Shown: in pieces, positions 34,550 through 38,081 of the stretch
Layout: the number at the start of each line of letters is the position of its first letter
Position numbering within the stretch: position 1 is the first letter of the stretch
Origin: an uncultured Candidatus Saccharibacteria bacterium
Lineage (GTDB): Bacteria > Patescibacteriota > Minisyncoccia > UBA6257 > 2-01-FULL-56-20
Length of the DNA stretch: 38,081 bases
Direction of reading: 5' to 3'
Assembly (NCBI GenBank): GCA_964416665.1
Contig: CAYQFA010000001.1
Span: 1 to 38,081 of the forward strand
Position numbers and translations under genes: made by a program
Notes under the pieces: generated by a model
The model's database searches: none
The model's input: only the letters and a program-made list of their open reading frames with translations
Told to the model about the DNA's origin: nothing

Positions 34550-35218
34550 ATGGAAACCCAGAAACTGCATCCTATCCAGGAAAAACTGCTTAGATTGGCT
34601 CAAAATCGCAGCATTTCCAGTCTTTCCTTGCGGGAAATCGGTGAATTAGTTGGGGATAAGTCAGCCCAGAAGATAAAACATCACCTCCAGCAGCTCGAAA
34701 AGCGAGGGCTTTTGAAGATCGACCACATCAAAGGGACCATCGAAAGACCTCAAAACGGCTGGATCGACGGTTTTCTCCAGAATGGAAAACGCCTGCTCCA
34801 GATTCCCATCGTCGGTGTCGCCAACTGCGGCCCTGCCGAAGTGCTTGCGGATGAGAACGTCGTTGGCTACCTTCGTGTTTCGAATTCGCTTATCAAACGA
34901 CAAAACAACACGGGGCTTTTTGCCGTGCGTGCCGATGGATTTTCTATGAACCAGGCGAGGGTGAACGGTAAAGTCATCAATGATGGCGATTATCTTATCG
35001 TTGATAACAGCGACTGCATGCCGGATGAAGGCGAGGTGATCCTGTCGGTCATTGACGGCGCCGCGAACGTAAAGCGGTTTCATAAAGATAAAGAGAACAA
35101 GCAGGTCGTCCTCGTTTCGGACTCGACGGAAGATTTTGCTCCCATCTATATTTCTCCCGACGACGATTTTTTCGTGAACGGCAAGGTGGTGGACGTTATC
35201 AAGCGGCCTTCGCTATAA
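34550..35218 (+). CDS. lexA: LexA-like S24-peptidase transcriptional repressor
   Basis: N-terminal winged-helix (LSLREIGELVGDKSAQKIKHHLQQLEKRGLL). Catalytic Ser in DGFSMN and catalytic Lys in ANVKRF. Cleavage-site region is IVGVANCGPAE. Confidence 0.8.
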   Translation: METQKLHPIQEKLLRLAQNRSISSLSLREIGELVGDKSAQKIKHHLQQLEKRGLLKIDHIKGTIERPQNGWIDGFLQNGKRLLQIPIVGVANCGPAEVLADENVVGYLRVSNSLIKRQNNTGLFAVRADGFSMNQARVNGKVINDGDYLIVDNSDCMPDEGEVILSVIDGAANVKRFHKDKENKQVVLVSDSTEDFAPIYISPDDDFFVNGKVVDVIKRPSL

Positions 35219-35225
35219 TGTCCCT

Positions 35226-35876
35226 ATGGATAAAGCTGCGCAGCTTAAGGAACTTGAGGCGCACATAGCCGCGGATCGGGCGCTTCCGCTTCAGGAATCG
35301 AACCTCGTTTTTGGCGAGGGAAATATTGATTGCGATGTGATGTTCATCGGTGAGGCGCCGGGTGTGAACGAAGACCGCCTGAAGCGGCCGTTCGTCGGCC
35401 GGGCCGGCCAGTTGCTCGACAATATGATCGAGGGGCTCGGTTGGAAGCGCGGGGATGTTTATATCACCAACATTGTAAAGCGGCGCCCGCCGGACAATCG
35501 CGATCCGTTGCCAAGCGAGATAGAGGCGTATAAGCCATATCTCACGAGCCAGATCGGGATCATAAAGCCGAAACTCATTGTGACGCTCGGCCGTTTTTCG
35601 ATGAATTATTTTTTACCCGAGGCGAAAATAACCCGTGACCATGGGCGTCCGCTGGCGGTTGACGGCCAGATGATATTCCCTGTCTATCATCCTGCGGCCG
35701 CCTTGCGCGCGACGACGATGATGGAGGTTCTTCGCGACGACTTTAAAAAAATCCCAAAGGTTCTGGCGGGCGAGCCGGTCATCGAACTGCCGCCGGCATT
35801 CGATGTGCCCGCCCGGGAGTCCGCCAAAGAACCGGGACCGAAAACAGAGAAACCGAAACAGGGAAGTTTGTTCTAG
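35226..35876 (+). CDS. uracil-DNA glycosylase, family 4
   Basis: Motifs GEAPGVNED, FVGRAGQLL, ITNIVKRRPP and HPAAALR. Confidence 0.85.
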   Translation: MDKAAQLKELEAHIAADRALPLQESNLVFGEGNIDCDVMFIGEAPGVNEDRLKRPFVGRAGQLLDNMIEGLGWKRGDVYITNIVKRRPPDNRDPLPSEIEAYKPYLTSQIGIIKPKLIVTLGRFSMNYFLPEAKITRDHGRPLAVDGQMIFPVYHPAAALRATTMMEVLRDDFKKIPKVLAGEPVIELPPAFDVPARESAKEPGPKTEKPKQGSLF

Positions 35877-35895
35877 GGCGTGGTATTATTGTGAT

Positions 35896-36243
35896 ATGGA
35901 CTTCGCTCTGGTGTATCTTCTCCAACGATTTTTTTACCGCATTTTTGAGTTTTTCCATCACTGGTATATCAACGGCTCGCGCGCGATCGGTCGCGGGTTC
36001 ATGGGCGCACTCACGTCGGCGGACCATTCGCTTGCCCTGAAGATCACGCTCCGCCATTTTTTCGATCCGCTCTACGGGGATTATAGCGTCATCGGAAGGA
36101 TCCTCGGTATCATTTTCCGCTCCGGGCGTATTGCGATTGGAACGGTGGTTTATGTCATCCTCGCGGCCGTCTTCCTTTTGATCTATCTTGTTTGGATCGC
36201 GATCCCATTCATCATTTTTTACTATGCTGCAAAAACCTTCTAG
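35896..36243 (+). CDS. small membrane protein (hypothetical)
   Basis: The ATG at 35896, in frame within track ORF 35803..36243, gives 115 aa with a C-terminal hydrophobic region (GTVVYVILAAVFLLIYLVWIAIPFIIFYY). It overlaps the next gene by 20 nt. Confidence 0.5.
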   Translation: MDFALVYLLQRFFYRIFEFFHHWYINGSRAIGRGFMGALTSADHSLALKITLRHFFDPLYGDYSVIGRILGIIFRSGRIAIGTVVYVILAAVFLLIYLVWIAIPFIIFYYAAKTF

Positions 36244-38081
36244 CCTCGAATCATATTTGGACGAGCCGCGCTTACGAATGACCTTCGCGGGAAGGCTTTT
36301 GGTCCGCGTCGTTGACTGCGTCGCGTATGTTGTTTTTGTCATCGCCACGGTCGCCTTCCTTTTCTCGGGGATCCATTTCATCGTTTGGATCGGGATATTC
36401 ATGCTCCTCTTCCTGGTCGACCTTTTGATGCACCATGGCCAGGGAGATGTTCCCATTTCCGAACTTGATTCCAAAGGGGGCAAGATAAATCTTGCAAGTG
36501 TGATGTCGCCGGCGACGTTCAATGCGATCGAGCGCGTGCTCGATCGGAGCATCGTCACCAAGCGGAACTTTTTTCTCGAGCTCGCGAAGCGGCTGCTCGA
36601 ATCGCCGCAGATCGAGGAAGGTCTGCGCCGGCTGGATGTGAAGCCCGACGAATTCAGGACCAAGCTTGAGTCGCTCCTTGACGATCCGAGCACGCTCGTG
36701 ACCGCGCAGACGAAAGAAGAGCGTCTGCAAAAGATCGAGGTGGTCGTGACGCAGGCATTTCAGGAGGCGATCGCCGCCAACCGCGAATTCATCCAGCCAC
36801 CCGACCTCTTCTCGGCGCTCGGGAAGATCAACGACGAGGCGCTCAACCGTCTTTTCAATCTTTTCTCCATCAATCCGGGCGATCTTGAGCGCGCTCTACT
36901 TTTCGGTTCTCTCATCCGCCACGGGCTTTTCAAAAGGCTGCCATCGATGCTCGATGGCTTCGGTGGGCGGCGGACGATCAAGCATCGCATCATGAACCGC
37001 GCATGGACGTCGCGTCCGACGCCGCTGCTCGACAGGTATAGCAGCGACTTCACCGACCTCGCCCGTAGCGCGCAGGTGGGATTCCTTATCGGCCATGAGG
37101 CCGAGTATGAACGGTTGGTGGAAACGCTTGCGCGGCCGGTCGATCCGAACGCGCTGCTTATCGGCGAAGCGGGTATCGGCAAGGAAAGCATCGTTCAGCA
37201 TCTCGCGCTTGCGCTTGTGAATGATGACGTGCCAAAGGGCTTGTTCGATAAGCGTCTTGTGAGCCTTCAGATTCAAAGTCTTGTTGCCGGCGCCGCGCCG
37301 GAAGAGCTCGGTGCCCGTCTTAAAGGGATCGTCCAGGAGATTTATGACGCGGGCAACGTGGTGCTTTATATTCCCGACATCCACAACCTTGTTCACACCT
37401 CGGGCACGGCGTTCCTTTCCGCCGCCGATGCGCTCATGCCGATCATCATGGCGAACAATTTCCCGGTCATCGGATCCACATATCCCAAGGAGTTCAAACA
37501 ATTCATCGAGCCGCGCAGCGATTTCGTCGGGGCTTTTGAGGAGATCTCGGTTTCGGAGATCAGCGAGGCCGATGCGGAAAAATTGCTCACCTACGAGAGC
37601 TCCATCTTTGAGAACGATTCCGGTATCGAGATCAGTTTTGGCGCGATCAAGCGCGCGGTGTTCCTCGCAAAAAAATATTTGCGGGCAAAGTTCCTTCCGT
37701 CGAGCGCCGAGGAACTTTTGAAGAGCGCATTGGTTGATGCAGAGCGCCGTGGCGAGAAGACATTGACCCCCGAGCGCGTGACGGCGGTCGCCGAGGAGAA
37801 GGTGAACATCCCCATGCACGAGGCGGAAGGTGCGGAGGCGGAAAAGCTCCTTAATATGGAGGCGATCATCCATAATAATCTTGTCGGTCAGGACGAGGCC
37901 GTGAAGGCGGTCGCCCAGGCGCTTCGCGAATATCGCAGCGGATTGACGCGGAAGGGCGGCCCCATCGCGAGCTTTCTCTTTGTCGGCCCGACCGGCGTCG
38001 GCAAGACCGAGCTCGCGAAGATCCTTACTGAGATCCAGTTCGGTTCCGAGAAAATGATGGTGCGTTTTGACATGACGGAGT
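36224..38081 (+). CDS. membrane-anchored Clp/Hsp100-type AAA+ protein (ClpA/ClpC-like), 3'-truncated by the window edge
   Basis: This ORF is not in the track because it has no stop. By hand translation, the reading frame that starts at nt 2 of the window (positions with remainder 2 mod 3) is open from the ATG at 36224 to the window end. It has two N-terminal TM helices and Clp_N-like repeats. The NBD1-like region has GEAGIGKES and YIPDIH. The linker is AEKLLNMEAIIHNNLVGQDEAV. NBD2 has a canonical Walker A (FVGPTGVGKTELAK). Confidence 0.85.
   Translation, partial: MLQKPSSLESYLDEPRLRMTFAGRLLVRVVDCVAYVVFVIATVAFLFSGIHFIVWIGIFMLLFLVDLLMHHGQGDVPISELDSKGGKINLASVMSPATFNAIERVLDRSIVTKRNFFLELAKRLLESPQIEEGLRRLDVKPDEFRTKLESLLDDPSTLVTAQTKEERLQKIEVVVTQAFQEAIAANREFIQPPDLFSALGKINDEALNRLFNLFSINPGDLERALLFGSLIRHGLFKRLPSMLDGFGGRRTIKHRIMNRAWTSRPTPLLDRYSSDFTDLARSAQVGFLIGHEAEYERLVETLARPVDPNALLIGEAGIGKESIVQHLALALVNDDVPKGLFDKRLVSLQIQSLVAGAAPEELGARLKGIVQEIYDAGNVVLYIPDIHNLVHTSGTAFLSAADALMPIIMANNFPVIGSTYPKEFKQFIEPRSDFVGAFEEISVSEISEADAEKLLTYESSIFENDSGIEISFGAIKRAVFLAKKYLRAKFLPSSAEELLKSALVDAERRGEKTLTPERVTAVAEEKVNIPMHEAEGAEAEKLLNMEAIIHNNLVGQDEAVKAVAQALREYRSGLTRKGGPIASFLFVGPTGVGKTELAKILTEIQFGSEKMMVRFDMTE

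Noticed and set aside
1-38081. CRISPR arrays, rRNA genes, transposases or integrases, and recoded stop codons.
   Set aside because: No regularly spaced direct repeats, rRNA-like sequence or recombinase motifs were seen on either strand. TGA is clearly used as a stop (several ATGA start/stop overlaps), so there is no evidence for an alternative genetic code.

Overview
The window looks like the chromosomal origin region of a small-genome, roughly 55-60% GC bacterium. The gene content suggests a Candidate Phyla Radiation / Patescibacteria (Parcubacteria-like) organism. That taxonomic call is an inference from content: PrgI-like + VirB4 + T4SS-pilin cluster, lamin-tail-domain protein, short holA, stand-alone 5'-3' exonuclease, standard genetic code. 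The core is the classic origin arrangement: jag-yidC-rnpA-rpmH on the minus strand, diverging from dnaA-dnaN on the plus strand. The dnaA-dnaN spacer carries near-consensus DnaA boxes and an AT-rich tract. 

Left of the origin (1-9584) is a tightly packed plus-strand operon of 10 CDS; the first runs off the 5' edge. It encodes a minimal type-IV-secretion-like apparatus: PrgI/VirB3-like protein, a VirB4 split into two ORFs, and a VirB2/TrbC-type pilin with a 10-Cys C-terminal module. These sit among low-complexity, secreted or membrane proteins of no recognisable family. 

Right of the origin is mostly housekeeping: class A PBP, ruvC, pilB/gspE-type ATPase, ruvB, LTD protein, tsaE, 5'-3' exonuclease, orphan histidine kinase, pyrG, holA, rpsT, ruvA, murE-like ligase, beta-CASP RNase, SLOG/TIGR00725 protein and a permease. 

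Near 33 kb, a tRNA-Arg(CCG) is followed by a 31-bp perfect palindrome and a 16-bp duplicate of the tRNA 3' end. After that comes an AT-rich islet (NERD nuclease plus micro-ORFs), a LexA-like S24 repressor with an operator array, a family-4 UDG, a small membrane protein, and a membrane-anchored Clp-type AAA+ protein with a degenerate first ATPase domain that runs off the 3' edge. 

The most unusual non-coding signals are three. One is a minus-strand structured-RNA candidate between pilB and ruvB with its own consensus promoter. One is a hyper-acidic 61-aa ORF with its own promoter, terminator and an upstream DnaA box. One is the tRNA-linked mini-insertion. No CRISPR array, rRNA or transposase was seen.
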